A stretch of 64,000 bases of DNA from an uncultured delta proteobacterium (GCA_963755715.1 CAVWLW010000027.1:160001-224000); one strand, 5' to 3'; positions 28,556-38,656 are shown, numbered from the stretch's first letter. Translations and numbers: made by a program. The notes: a model not told the origin generated them from the sequence alone.

Positions 28556-29758
28556 ATGAGCGAATTCAACACAGGACCCCTCGCCGGCATCCGCGTGCTC
28601 GATTTGACGCGCGTTCTCGCTGGCCCTTACTGCACGATGTTTCTCGGCGACCTCGGCGCCGAGGTGGTCAAAGTGGAACAACCCGGCGTCGGCGACGATA
28701 CGCGCGGCTGGGGTCCACCGTTCGCCGGCGGCGAAAGCGCCTACTTTCTTTGCATCAATCGCAACAAAAAAAGCCTCACCGTCGATCTGAAATCGCCCGA
28801 GGGCATTTCGTTGGTGCGCCAACTCGCCGAACGCGCGGATGTCTTAATCGAAAACTTTCGCCCCGGCGCAATGGAACGATTGGGCCTCGGCGACGATCAA
28901 CTGCGCGGTGCCAATCCGAAACTGATTTACGCCTCGCTCTCCGGATTCGGTGCGGACGGTCCAATGGCGGATGTTCCCGGTTATGATCTGATCGTTCAAG
29001 CCTGGGGCGGCTTGATGAGCATTACCGGCACGGCGGAGAGCGGGCCGTTGAAAGTCGGCGTGGCGATCATCGATCTCGTCGCCGGCTTGATGCTCGGCAA
29101 ATCGATCGCCGCTGCGCTCTATGCCCGAGAAAAAACCGGCCTGGGACAAAAAATCGACACCTCGCTGCTCGAAGCGGAAGTTGCCGTGCTGATCAACGCC
29201 GGCAGCAATTATCTCATGAACGGCAAAGTTCCCGGCCGTTGGGGCAACGCCCATCCGACCATCGTGCCGTACCAAAGTTTTCAGACGGCGGATAGCTATC
29301 TGGTTATCGGCGTTGCCAGCGAAGGAATTTGGCAACGCTTCTGCAAGGCGATCGGCAAGACCGATCTCGTCGACGATGCGCGCTTTGAGAAGAACGCCAA
29401 TCGCGTCGAGAACCGCGACGCCTTGATCCGTCTCCTGACCGAAATCTTTCGCAGCCGTGATAATGATACGTGGCTCCAAATTCTGAATGAAGCCGAAGTT
29501 CCCTGCGCGCCGATTCAAACCATCGATCAAGTGTTCCATGCGCCGCAAGTTCTTCACCGCGACATGCTCGTGGAAGTCGCGCATCCGACGGCAGGCACCG
29601 TGCGCATGGCTGGATTACCGGTAAAGCTATCCGCGACGCCGGCGTCGGTGCGGTTGCCGCCGCCTTTGCTCGGTGAGCATTCCGAGCAGGTGCTGTCTTC
29701 GTGGCTCGACATGAGCGCCGACGCCATCGAGCGCCTGAAAAAGAAGGGCGTGATATGA
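28556..29758 (+). CDS. CoA-transferase family III (CaiB/BaiF)
   Basis: Motifs PLAGIRVLDL, AGP, NRNKKS, ENFRPG and GYD. Confidence 0.93.
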   Translation: MSEFNTGPLAGIRVLDLTRVLAGPYCTMFLGDLGAEVVKVEQPGVGDDTRGWGPPFAGGESAYFLCINRNKKSLTVDLKSPEGISLVRQLAERADVLIENFRPGAMERLGLGDDQLRGANPKLIYASLSGFGADGPMADVPGYDLIVQAWGGLMSITGTAESGPLKVGVAIIDLVAGLMLGKSIAAALYAREKTGLGQKIDTSLLEAEVAVLINAGSNYLMNGKVPGRWGNAHPTIVPYQSFQTADSYLVIGVASEGIWQRFCKAIGKTDLVDDARFEKNANRVENRDALIRLLTEIFRSRDNDTWLQILNEAEVPCAPIQTIDQVFHAPQVLHRDMLVEVAHPTAGTVRMAGLPVKLSATPASVRLPPPLLGEHSEQVLSSWLDMSADAIERLKKKGVI

Positions 29759-30206
29759 ACGGCAAAACATTCGAACAGTTCAAACCTGGCGACCGCTACG
29801 TCACCGGCCGGCGCACGATTACCGAGCATGATATCTTGCAGTTTGTCGGGCTCGTCGGGTTGACCGAGCCGCTCTTCTTGGATCTGGAATACATTCGCAA
29901 GGAAAGTTTATACGGCGAGCGCATCGCGCCGGGGAGCTTGACCTTCGGCATGGCCGAAGGCCTCACGGTGCAAACAGGGATCATTCACGGCACCGGCATG
30001 GCGTTCGCCGGCCTAGACAAGATGCGGCTTTTCGGTCCGGTGAAAGTCGGCGACACGATCCAAGTCGAGATCGAAGTTCTCGATGCAAGCCGGTGCCCGC
30101 GCGCGGCGGCGGTATCGTGCGTTATCGCCAGTGGGTAAAGAATCAACGCGGCGAAACGATCATGGAATACGACGTGGCACGCTTGATCCGTGGCGCCACG
30201 GAGTGA
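29755..30206 (+). CDS. MaoC-like (hotdog-fold) dehydratase; frameshift near 30090
   Basis: RTITEHD, GERIAPG and PVKVGDTI; the C-terminus GIVRYRQWVKNQRGE is in another frame. Confidence 0.82.
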
Positions 30207-30213
30207 GAACACG

Positions 30214-31173
30214 ATGACCCGTTCAACAATAAACTTTGGTGTCTTGCTACCGACGCGCGAAGCCGTGATGTCCGGCCGATCCGATCCGTCAACCTTGATG
30301 CAAATTGCGGAGCGCGCCGAAGCGCTGGGATTTAGTTCCGTGTGGGTCGGCGACAGCCTCACGGCGCGCCCACGAATCGACGCGCTCACAACCCTCGCAG
30401 CCGTCGGCGCGCGCACGCGCCGGGTACGCCTCGGCACGGCGATTTTTCTTGCCGCGCTGAGAAATCCGATCATGCTCGCCTATCAGCTGGCCAGTCTTGA
30501 CTGGATCACCGGCGGACGGATCGATCTCGGCATCGGCTACGGACGTCCGAAGGAGCCGGCGGCAGAACACGAATTCAAAATCCTCGGTCTCGACCCCAGC
30601 GCGCGCATGAAAATGAGCGAAGAATTGATCCAAGTAATGCGCCGGCTCTGGCTCGAGAAGGACGTTTCTTACGCAGGCAAATTCACTAGCTTCGAACACG
30701 TCACCCTCGAACCGAAACCCGTCCAACCTAAGGGCGTGCCGATCTGGATCGCTTCGAACAACGTGGAGCCGGGGCTCAAGCGCGTCGCTCGCCTCGGTGA
30801 CGCTTGGATCAATAACATCAAGAGCCCTGATATTTTCGCTGAATGTTGGCAGAAGATCCGCGCTTACGCCGCGGATGCTGGACGTGATCCGAGTTCAATC
30901 CACGCAAGCATCTACTTTACCCTCGCCGCCGGGGGCAAGGATGCGGTCATCGAAGGCCAAACTTTTCTCGCGCAATATTACAATCGTTCCTATGAAGCGG
31001 TCGCCAACGCCATGCTATGTGTCACTGGGACTTGGGATGAAGTGATCGACTGGATGGAGAAATACGTCGAAGCCGGCGCGCGCACCGTCGTCCTGCGCTT
31101 CGCCGCGAATGATCAGCTCCGCACTCTCGAAGCGTGCGCCGAGGCGCTCCATCGGCGCGGGTTGCTCGGCTAA
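30214..31173 (+). CDS. LLM-class flavin/F420-dependent oxidoreductase
   Basis: Motifs AEALGFSSVWVGD, TRRVRLGT, GGRIDLGIG and PKPVQ. Confidence 0.9.
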   Translation: MTRSTINFGVLLPTREAVMSGRSDPSTLMQIAERAEALGFSSVWVGDSLTARPRIDALTTLAAVGARTRRVRLGTAIFLAALRNPIMLAYQLASLDWITGGRIDLGIGYGRPKEPAAEHEFKILGLDPSARMKMSEELIQVMRRLWLEKDVSYAGKFTSFEHVTLEPKPVQPKGVPIWIASNNVEPGLKRVARLGDAWINNIKSPDIFAECWQKIRAYAADAGRDPSSIHASIYFTLAAGGKDAVIEGQTFLAQYYNRSYEAVANAMLCVTGTWDEVIDWMEKYVEAGARTVVLRFAANDQLRTLEACAEALHRRGLLG

Positions 31174-31200
31174 ATCGCCGATTCGGGCCAATGACCCGCA

Positions 31201-31237
31201 TTAAACGATTTTGAACTGCTTTAACCCTTGGAACGGC
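31201..31237 (+). repeat. Degenerate TTGAACGNT tandem repeat
   Basis: ttaaacgatt ttgaactgc tttaaccct tggaacggc. Confidence 0.5.
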
Positions 31238-31246
31238 CTGACCTTT

Positions 31247-32297
31247 TCAAGACTCCGATCCATCCGGTATGCTCAGAACAACTTTACCAAATTGCCGCGC
31301 CTCTTCGACGTAGCGTTGCGCCGCTGCCGTTTTCTCGAGCGAAAAAACTCTATCGATGATCGGCTTGATTTTGGCTGCGGTCAAAAAACTGATCAGTTGA
31401 CGAAACTCTTCTCGGCTGCCGAGAGTTGAACCGTAGATTTTAAGTTCCTTCGAACAAATCGCCGCGATATCGTCGATCGGTTGGCCGCCCGCCGTGGCGC
31501 CGCAGGTCACCAGACGCCCGCCGCGCGTCAAAGATGCAAGGCTTTTCTGCCAGACTTCGCCGCCGACGGAATCGAGGACAACATCGACACCGCGATTTCC
31601 AGTCAGCGCCTGCACCGCACCGACAATGTCCGTGTTCCGATGATTGATGCCGTGATCCGCGCCCAAACTCCGAGCGCGTTCCAGCTTCGCATCACTGCCG
31701 GAGGTGACGATCACGCGCGCGCCGATGTCTTTTTGCCAACTGCATCGATGCGCTCGCCACGCCGCCGCCGATGCCGATGATAAGAATGGTTTCCCCCGGT
31801 TTCAGCTCGGCGTTGGTGATCAACATTCGCCACAGCGTGATGAACACCAGCGGGAAGGCAGCGGCTTCTTCGAATGAATAATTTTGCGGAATAGGAAAAC
31901 AATTTTGCGCCGGCAGCTTCACGTATTGCGCGTAAGTGCCTTCCATTCTTTCGCCGAGGACGCGCAAACGAAAACACAGGAAGTCGCGATCCGTCAAGCA
32001 GAATTCACACTGGCCGCAGCCGGTCAGCGGATAGAGACAGACCGGATCACCGACTTTGACATTCGCGACTTTCGCCCCGACTTCTACGACCACGCCGGCG
32101 CCATCCGCACCGAGAATGTGCGGCATCGGCACGACAATGCCGGTTGCGCCCATGCGGTTCCAGATATCGATATGATTGATCGCCGCCGCTTTCAGCTTGA
32201 CGATCACGTCATCGGGCTCAATTAATCTTGGCTCGTCCGCCTCTTCGTAGAAGAGTTGCTCCACGCCGCCGTAACCGTGCATGCGAACTGCCTTCAA
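31247..32297 (-). CDS. Zinc-binding dehydrogenase/quinone oxidoreductase (MDR); frameshift near 31715-31735
   Basis: TTG start after AGGAG; NHIDIW, ILGADGAG, CGQCEFC, GIGGGVA and GKVVL. Confidence 0.85.
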
Positions 32298-32461
32298 GAA
32301 ATTTCTCCTGCTTCGACAGACAACTCGGTAACAAGAGAAATTTTTGAAGTCAAACCGGCGTGCACGGCAAAGGAGTCTCTTCACACCGAACGGCGCTTGA
32401 ATTCGAACTACAGAACGCGCGGCTCTGTTTCGAAAATAAATGTAAGTTTAGCTTTAGGGTA

Positions 32462-32575
32462 GGGTGTCCCCTTAGCGGGGACACCCCGGGGTGATAGCGT
32501 CAAACATGAACCGAGGAGGGGAGTCCATGCTCACGCTCGGGAACTTGTTTTGCCGGTGCAATCCGGCAAGTCGAA
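32462..32575 (-). ncRNA. Candidate structured RNA of three stem-loops, with a CCUCCU anti-SD loop
   Basis: Stems at 32550-32569, 32496-32537 (15 bp, with three G-U pairs that form only on the minus strand; loop UCCCCUCCUCG) and 32462-32486 (perfect 10 bp). Confidence 0.55.
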
Positions 32576-32583
32576 AAAAACAT

Positions 32584-32784
32584 TTACCTCATTCGATTCA
32601 TAGCGAACTGAAGCTTCTTAAGCTCACTCTGCAGAAACAGATCCTTTAACTCATGACGATCCATATGCGCTTCGAGCAACTCTGTGGGAAACATTCTCGC
32701 ACCACAGCGATTGCAGACCGCCGCGCGAAAGGTTTCCTTTTCAAACTGGATGTCGTGCGAATCGGTGCTGTTTAATGATTCCAT
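32584..32784 (-). CDS. 66-aa C2H2 zinc-finger microprotein
   Basis: CNRC-GARMFPTELLEA-H-MDR-H fits C-x2-C-x12-H-x3-H; GAGGGA RBS; own promoter. Confidence 0.75.
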   Translation of the reverse strand: MESLNSTDSHDIQFEKETFRAAVCNRCGARMFPTELLEAHMDRHELKDLFLQSELKKLQFAMNRMR

Positions 32785-32826
32785 TTGTCCCTCTTTATTC
32801 GATTACTTGCAGACGATGCAGGCTAG

Positions 32827-32843
32827 AGCAATTGATATGCCAG
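32827..32843 (-). promoter_or_regulatory. sigma54 (-24/-12) promoter
   Basis: CTGGCATATCAATTGCT has GG-N10-GC and is close to consensus; about 43 nt upstream of ATG 32784. Confidence 0.8.
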
Positions 32844-32868
32844 TTCGGAAGGCGCTGAAAGGATCGGC

Positions 32869-32881
32869 CAACATATTGATA
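32869..32881 (-). promoter_or_regulatory. IHF binding site
   Basis: TATCAATATGTTG matches WATCAANNNNTTR exactly, at about -53 to -65. Confidence 0.65.
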
Positions 32882-32950
32882 TCTCGTAGAATCGGCTTGA
32901 CAATGGCAAGTGGACAAACAAGTTTCCGCACAAAGTCCGATCGTGGCGGT

Positions 32951-32965
32951 TGTCAATCGTTGACA
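32951..32965. promoter_or_regulatory. Candidate enhancer (bEBP) site
   Basis: TGTCAA-tcg-TTGACA palindrome at about -135 to -149 from the predicted start site. Confidence 0.55.
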
Positions 32966-33287
32966 TTTTTGTGCTCCGATCGATCAGGATCTACCCATGA
33001 CGGCTTCAAGGCTTGACTCGATCGCGGGTGCCAATTTTTTGGCGGACAAAGCATTGGAGTCGCATATAGGGCCTATCCGCAGATCGGCAAAGTAAGATCG
33101 TACTCGACCGTGGCAATGCGGTGGCGGCGCGCGACCGTGAGATCACTAAAGAGACGCGCGAAAGGACGCGCTGGCAACGGCATCGGCTTTAGTCCGAGGC
33201 GCAAGGCGCGCCCTTACACGGACAAGAAATCACCGCCCGGAAAATGCAGCAGCGTATTAGGAGCTGCGTGAAAGCGCTGTAAAAAAT

Positions 33288-35003
33288 TCAAACTTGGCGC
33301 AAGATCGCCATGCCGTGACCGGCGAGAGAGATGCGAACCGCGCGACGATTGCCGCAAGTTTCCACGCTAAGCCGCGTTTTGGGGTCGAGTAAGTTGGTCA
33401 GCTTGGCGCCATCTTTATTGAGATTGGCGTCCACCGTCACGTAGTCGGTTCGAGGAACCGCTTCGAGATTGAGCGCGATCAGCACTTCGGTATCGTCGAG
33501 GATTCTCGAGTATGCCAGGGTGCATCGACCATCGAGCGGAAAGCCGAAGTCGATGCCATTGCCGGAAATCTCTCGAAAATATTGGCGACCGTAGCGTAGC
33601 GCCGGTTCGTTTCGGCGCACCGCGGCGATTTGCGCGATGCTTTTATAGATCGGATTTCCCGGTTTGAAAAAGTGGCGCTGCCGACTGTCGAAAGCGCCCC
33701 ACTCGCCGCCGAACATGCACTCCCGCACATAGCTGTCATTATCGCCGCCGCCGTCGAACCCCTGCTCCGTGCCGTAATAGATGCACGGCACTCCCTGGCT
33801 CGTCAGCAAATAACCGATCGTCTGCGCCGCTTGTGGTGGAAACGGATTGGCGTGCATGAACCGCCTATAGGGGCGCGCCATCTGGTCGTGGTTATCGACG
33901 AACGTAACGAAATATTGGCCGGCTTCGCCGTGGTCGGCGTACTCGGTCTTAAAGCGCTCGTAACGCGCGCGCAACTCCGCCGGATTCAAAAAACCTTTGA
34001 GGGTTTCCTCTAAAATAAAATACAGGGGAAAATCCAGCGCAGCGTCGAGCGAGGGAAAACGTTCGTTGGTCCCTTCGATTCGGCTGTTGCGGCCGAGGTA
34101 ATGCTGCAGCGTTTGATCGTCGGCGACGATCTCGCCAAAAATAAAAAAATTGTGCTTGCCGATGCGCCGGGCGTACTCGCGAACTGCGTTGCAAAAGATC
34201 GCCGTCGCACTCGATTCCATATGCTTGACCGTATCCAAACGAAAGCCGTCGATGTCGGCGGCAGCGATCCAGTACTTGTAGACCTTGATCAGCCCGTCCA
34301 ACACGTCGGCGCGCCGGATATCGAGCTCTTTCAAGCTCAAAAAATCGCCGTTGATCGCCTCTTCGGGATCGCTCCAGTTGCGGATCTGGCCGCGCCGCTT
34401 GTAACTCTCCGGCCGCTGCAGCTCGATCGGCCAAACCGCGTCGTCTTCTTGCAGGTTCGGTGCTGCCTCGTTTTCGCGCCAGAAACCGAAATCGAAGGGA
34501 GCGCTTGATTGATTAGAATAGAAGTATGGAAAATCGCCGGGATAGGCCCAATTGTCGCCGGTGTGGTTCAAGATGATATCGAGGATCACATACATGTCGC
34601 GCGCGTGGGCTTCGCTGACGAGTTTCTGTAAATCTTCTTTGGTGCCGAAGCGCGGATCGACTTCAAGAAAGTTTTGGATGCCGTAGCCGTGGTAGCTGTC
34701 GGCTTTTTCCCGGCGATTTTTCAATATCGGGCTGAGCCAGATCGCGTTGGCGCCCAATCCTTTAATATAATTTAGCCGGCGCATGATTCCTTTGAGATTA
34801 CCGCCTTGAAAGATTTTTCCTTGCGCCGGATCTCGGCCTTGCGGCCCCGATGCGACATAGGGCCGCAGACCCTTGCTGTTATTATCAAAGCGGTCCACGA
34901 GTAAAAAATAAACAAATACATCGCGCCAATCGGCTGGAGACGAAAAGACATCATCTTGCGGAGTAAAATCCAACTGCTGAACGGATCGAAGCGGCTCGGC
35001 CAT
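33288..35003 (-). CDS. GH13 alpha-amylase family glycoside hydrolase (no signal peptide)
   Basis: YFLLVDRF, YHGY, DIILNH, GFRLDTVKH, FGE and FVDNHD conserved regions. Confidence 0.92.
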   Translation of the reverse strand: MAEPLRSVQQLDFTPQDDVFSSPADWRDVFVYFLLVDRFDNNSKGLRPYVASGPQGRDPAQGKIFQGGNLKGIMRRLNYIKGLGANAIWLSPILKNRREKADSYHGYGIQNFLEVDPRFGTKEDLQKLVSEAHARDMYVILDIILNHTGDNWAYPGDFPYFYSNQSSAPFDFGFWRENEAAPNLQEDDAVWPIELQRPESYKRRGQIRNWSDPEEAINGDFLSLKELDIRRADVLDGLIKVYKYWIAAADIDGFRLDTVKHMESSATAIFCNAVREYARRIGKHNFFIFGEIVADDQTLQHYLGRNSRIEGTNERFPSLDAALDFPLYFILEETLKGFLNPAELRARYERFKTEYADHGEAGQYFVTFVDNHDQMARPYRRFMHANPFPPQAAQTIGYLLTSQGVPCIYYGTEQGFDGGGDNDSYVRECMFGGEWGAFDSRQRHFFKPGNPIYKSIAQIAAVRRNEPALRYGRQYFREISGNGIDFGFPLDGRCTLAYSRILDDTEVLIALNLEAVPRTDYVTVDANLNKDGAKLTNLLDPKTRLSVETCGNRRAVRISLAGHGMAILRQV

Positions 35004-35173
35004 TGCTCCTCCCGAGACATTTTTTTTCTAATGATACAACCTGAACTTCGCGAAACAACTCCGCAGCGCATCGAATATTTCGATCGCGCGCAGATTTTTC
35101 GCGCTAGATCGTCAGATAGAAATGGAGATTGGCTGGAAGCGAATATCGCAGCGTTGGCTGGCGTGAACCGCCG

Positions 35174-36289
35174 TTAAGAACGGCCCGCGAGACGCCGCAA
35201 TTTTTCTTTGTCGACTTCGATGCCGTGTCCTGCGGTCATCGGCGGATAGGCTGTGCCGCGCGTTACTGTGATGGGACTGAAAATATCTTGCTCGCCGAGC
35301 CGCATGAAGCCGGTCATCTCACCGCCGGGTTGAGCATTTTTTAACGCACAGTGAAGTTGCATCTCCGCGGCGGAAAGGATCGTCGTGCACGCGCTTCCCT
35401 GGCCGATGACAACGGGGAGCCCTTTCGCGCCGACCACCGCCGCGACTTCACGCGCGCTTTCAAATCCGCCGATGTGCGTGAGCTTGATCTTCAAAAGATC
35501 GGCCGCCTGCTCCTCGAGCACCGCCAGCGCATCCTCCGGCGAGCTCACGCTTTCCTGTGCCGCGATCGGGATGCCGACGGCGCGGCGTAATTCGGCGAGG
35601 CTGCGCAAATCGGAGCGGGTCAACGGCTGCTCGGCGTCGGTGATGTGAAAGCGGCTGAGCTCGTGCAAGACAACGCGCGCGTCGGCGAAAGAATAAGCAG
35701 CGTTGCCGTCGACGCGGATCGAAGCGTCGTCACCGACGGCCTGGCGTACAGCGCGCACCCGCTCGATATCTTTTGCATGATCCGGTTGGCCGATCTTGAT
35801 TTTAAATGTGCGAAAGCCCTCTTGTTGGAGCAAGCGAGCGCGCGCGCCGATCACTTCCGGCCCTAAATCCATCCCCAATCCGCCGACGAGGTTTATCTCG
35901 CGGCGATGAGGCCCGCCAAAAAAGCGGCAGAGCGGCACGCGATAAGCTTTTCCCAAAGCGTCGAAGATCGCTATTTCTATGGCCGCTTTGGTAATCGGAT
36001 GGCCATAGCGAACGCGATGAAGCTTGCTGATGACAACACCCGTCTCTTCGAGATCCAGACCAAGGAGCGCCGGCGCAAAATATTTTTGCGCCATGATCTC
36101 CATCGTTTCCAGAGTCTCGTAGGTATTGCCCGGCCGCCCCTGGGTGGCCTCGCCCCAGCCTTCGATGCCATTCTCCGTCTCGACCCGGACGATCAGCGAG
36201 CGGCAATCTTCGAGGAAACCCGCGGCACCGCCATAGACTTCTTTAATCGGGAGCACCAGTGAATACGTATCGAGCTCGACGATTTTCAT
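35174..36289 (-). CDS. Enolase-superfamily enzyme (muconate cycloisomerase-like)
   Basis: GWGE, KIKIG, RVDGN, EQP, QES and KIKLTHIGG. Confidence 0.88.
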   Translation of the reverse strand: MKIVELDTYSLVLPIKEVYGGAAGFLEDCRSLIVRVETENGIEGWGEATQGRPGNTYETLETMEIMAQKYFAPALLGLDLEETGVVISKLHRVRYGHPITKAAIEIAIFDALGKAYRVPLCRFFGGPHRREINLVGGLGMDLGPEVIGARARLLQQEGFRTFKIKIGQPDHAKDIERVRAVRQAVGDDASIRVDGNAAYSFADARVVLHELSRFHITDAEQPLTRSDLRSLAELRRAVGIPIAAQESVSSPEDALAVLEEQAADLLKIKLTHIGGFESAREVAAVVGAKGLPVVIGQGSACTTILSAAEMQLHCALKNAQPGGEMTGFMRLGEQDIFSPITVTRGTAYPPMTAGHGIEVDKEKLRRLAGRS

Positions 36290-37660
36290 CATGGGCCTCG
36301 CAACAAATCACCGATGGACGAAACGTCATCGAGCTTTTCTAGATCTTTGACCGCCGCGACCAGCCGCTCGAGCTGCCCTTCGGACAAGATCGAGCGCGTC
36401 AGCTTGCGCGCCTTGTCCTCAACTTCGAGTTGGGTTAACGGATTTCGCGGCGTGCCTTTGAAATGGATAATGAGCTTGGACGGACGTTGCTTGTTAGCGA
36501 GACTGACGGTCACGCGGGCGGCGCGGTCCCAGCCTTTTTGTTCGATTTCACGATCGACTTTGAGCCGGACCTTGCGCATCATGGCGAGGATTTTTTTGTC
36601 CTTGAGCTTTTTCTCGTCAAAAGATTCGGGATCGGTCGGATCGTCATACAGACTCAACGCGACGCAGAAAGGAATGCTGTACTGCGCCATCATCAAGTCT
36701 TTGGGTTGATAGATGGCATGATGCGTCACCAACTTCTCGATGCCGCCGACGGTGATTTCACGCACATCTTCCGGCTTGAATCCCGTTTCGGCTTGAAGCG
36801 CTTGCAGCGCTTCGATCGGCGCGTGGGCGTTGATGTGGCAGGCGCAGCGCTTGATGCCGATATTCATGCTCTCGAACTCGCGCCCCAGGCGGTGCGTAAG
36901 ATAAGAAAGCTTTGGTGAATCGGAATACGTCTGGCAAAAACCGAACTTCCCTTCGAGGATGCTTTCCGGCCCGGCGAAACCTCTGCTCGCGAGCAGCGCC
37001 GCGGTCACTCCTCCTTCCCCTGCTTTGCCGAGGTGGAGCCGCTTGATCATCGCGCCTTCCTGGCAGCGGGAAAATTCGATCAGCCCGCCGGAGTACGACG
37101 CCGCGATGCCGAGAGCATTGACCATCTTCGTATCATTCAATCCCAAGAGCCGGCCTGCCGCCACGGCAGCGCCGAAAGTACCGGTCAATCCGGGCGCGTG
37201 AAAACCTCTTCGCTCGAGCGAGTTTCCTGCGGCAACGCCGATGCGCGACATCACTTCGCAGCGCGGCGACAAAGGCGGTGAGCAACGCTTTGCCATCGGC
37301 TTTCGTTTCTTCCGCCATCGCAAAGGCCGGGAAGAAAAGCGGTCGCGCCCGGATGGACGCCCGCGCCCGGCTGGCGCACGTTGTCGAGCTCGAAGGCGTG
37401 GGCCATGACGCCGTTGGCGAGCGTCGCTTGCGCCGGCTGCGCCGCAGAAATTTTCGCCCAATCACGGTGGAACGGCCGCGCAGACGCGGAGTCGCGAACG
37501 AATCCGCTGACGGTGCGGCTCCACGGCTTCGTCGAGCCGTACAAGCGAGACCGCCAGGGTATCTAGAATACAGGCCTTGGCCCGCTCGATCACTTCGCCG
37601 GGAATACTGCTTGTAATTGAGTTCAAGGGCAAAGTGCGCCAGACGCTGCGTGGCGTTCAT
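36289..37660 (-). CDS. MmgE/PrpD family protein (several frameshifts at 37250-37610)
   Basis: ANGVMAHAFELD..HPG, GFH, KRLHLG, LEGKFGF, AQYSIPF and GTPRNPL spread over three frames. Confidence 0.82.
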
Positions 37661-37669
37661 AGAATAAAA

Positions 37670-38656
37670 TTAGCGCACAACTTTGGCGCCGGCTTCTTTG
37701 AGCACGTCGCGCATCTGCACGGTCAGATCGTCGAAGAATTTGCTCAGCGCCGGGTCCTTTGAGATAGCCGTCTTCGAACTGATTTTGCTCCACGTACTGC
37801 TTCCACTCGCAGTTTTCTGCGAAGCGGTCGAAAACTCCTTCCCAGTATTGCACCACTTCACGCGGCGCTGCCCGGCGGCGCGACGACTCCGCGCGCTTGC
37901 GGAATCAGCGGGACGTCGATGCCTTGCTCCTTGATCGTCGGCACATTGGCCAGCGACGCCAACCGCTTCTCCGTCAGCGCAGCGATGACGCGCAAATTTC
38001 CCGCGCGAATCTGCTCGCCGGCTTCTTGCGGCTCGATCACCATCATTTGCACATGGCCGCCGAGCAGATTGGACAGCCGTTCGCCGCCGCTCGGGAAGGA
38101 AATAAAAGTTCCACTGCGCGCCGGTGGCCTTTTGCAGCAACAGGCGCATGAGATTGTCCCGCGAAGTAATCGTGCCGCCGGACTGCGCGAGCTGTTTAGG
38201 GTTTTTCTTCGCCGCCTCGATGAAGTCTTGCATATTCTTGTACGGCGAGTCCGCTTTAACCGCGATCACCGCGGGCTCCAAAACCAGACGGACGATCGGC
38301 GTCAAATCTTTTACGGTGACGTTCGCTTCGGCGGTGGTCAGAGGATTGGTCACCCACACGCCGGTAAAAAAACCGATGGTGTGCGTCTCGCCTTTTTTCT
38401 CCGCGAGGTAGGACATGGCGACGGCCGGGCCGCCGCCGGGTTTGTTGACGACCTGCATGCGCTGGGAGATGAGCTTTTCTTTTTGCAGCAGTTCGGCGAT
38501 CGCGCGCGCCAACAAATCCGAGCCGCCGCCAGGACCGGTATGAACCACGGCTTCGATTTGTTTGCTGGGCTTGAACTCCTGGCTCCAAGCACGACTCAAC
38601 GATAGAGCCATGATCGTAGCGATGGTGATCGGTAATAGAATCGCTCTATGTTTCAT
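37670..38656 (-). CDS. tctC: Tripartite tricarboxylate transporter binding protein (frameshifted)
   Basis: GPGGGSDLLAR, VVNKPGG, SPYK and VPTIKEQG across frames. Confidence 0.85.
   Translation of the reverse strand: MKHRAILLPITIATIMALSLSRAWSQEFKPSKQIEAVVHTGPGGGSDLLARAIAELLQKEKLISQRMQVVNKPGGGPAVAMSYLAEKKGETHTIGFFTGVWVTNPLTTAEANVTVKDLTPIVRLVLEPAVIAVKADSPYKNMQDFIEAAKKNPKQLAQSGGTITSRDNLMRLLLQKATGAQWNFYFLPERRRTAVQSARRPCANDGDRAARSRRADSRGKFARHRCADGEAVGVAGQCADDQGARHRRPADSASARSRRAAGQRRVKWCNTGKEFSTASQKTASGSSTWSKISSKTAISKDPALSKFFDDLTVQMRDVLKEAGAKVVR

Noticed and set aside
32684-33016. 110-aa plus-strand ORF
   Set aside because: No RBS or motif; it overlaps the better-supported zinc-finger gene and its promoter elements.
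33044-33287. Possible riboswitch or ncRNA downstream of the amylase gene
   Set aside because: Only short GC hairpins; I could not recognise a family or a convincing fold.
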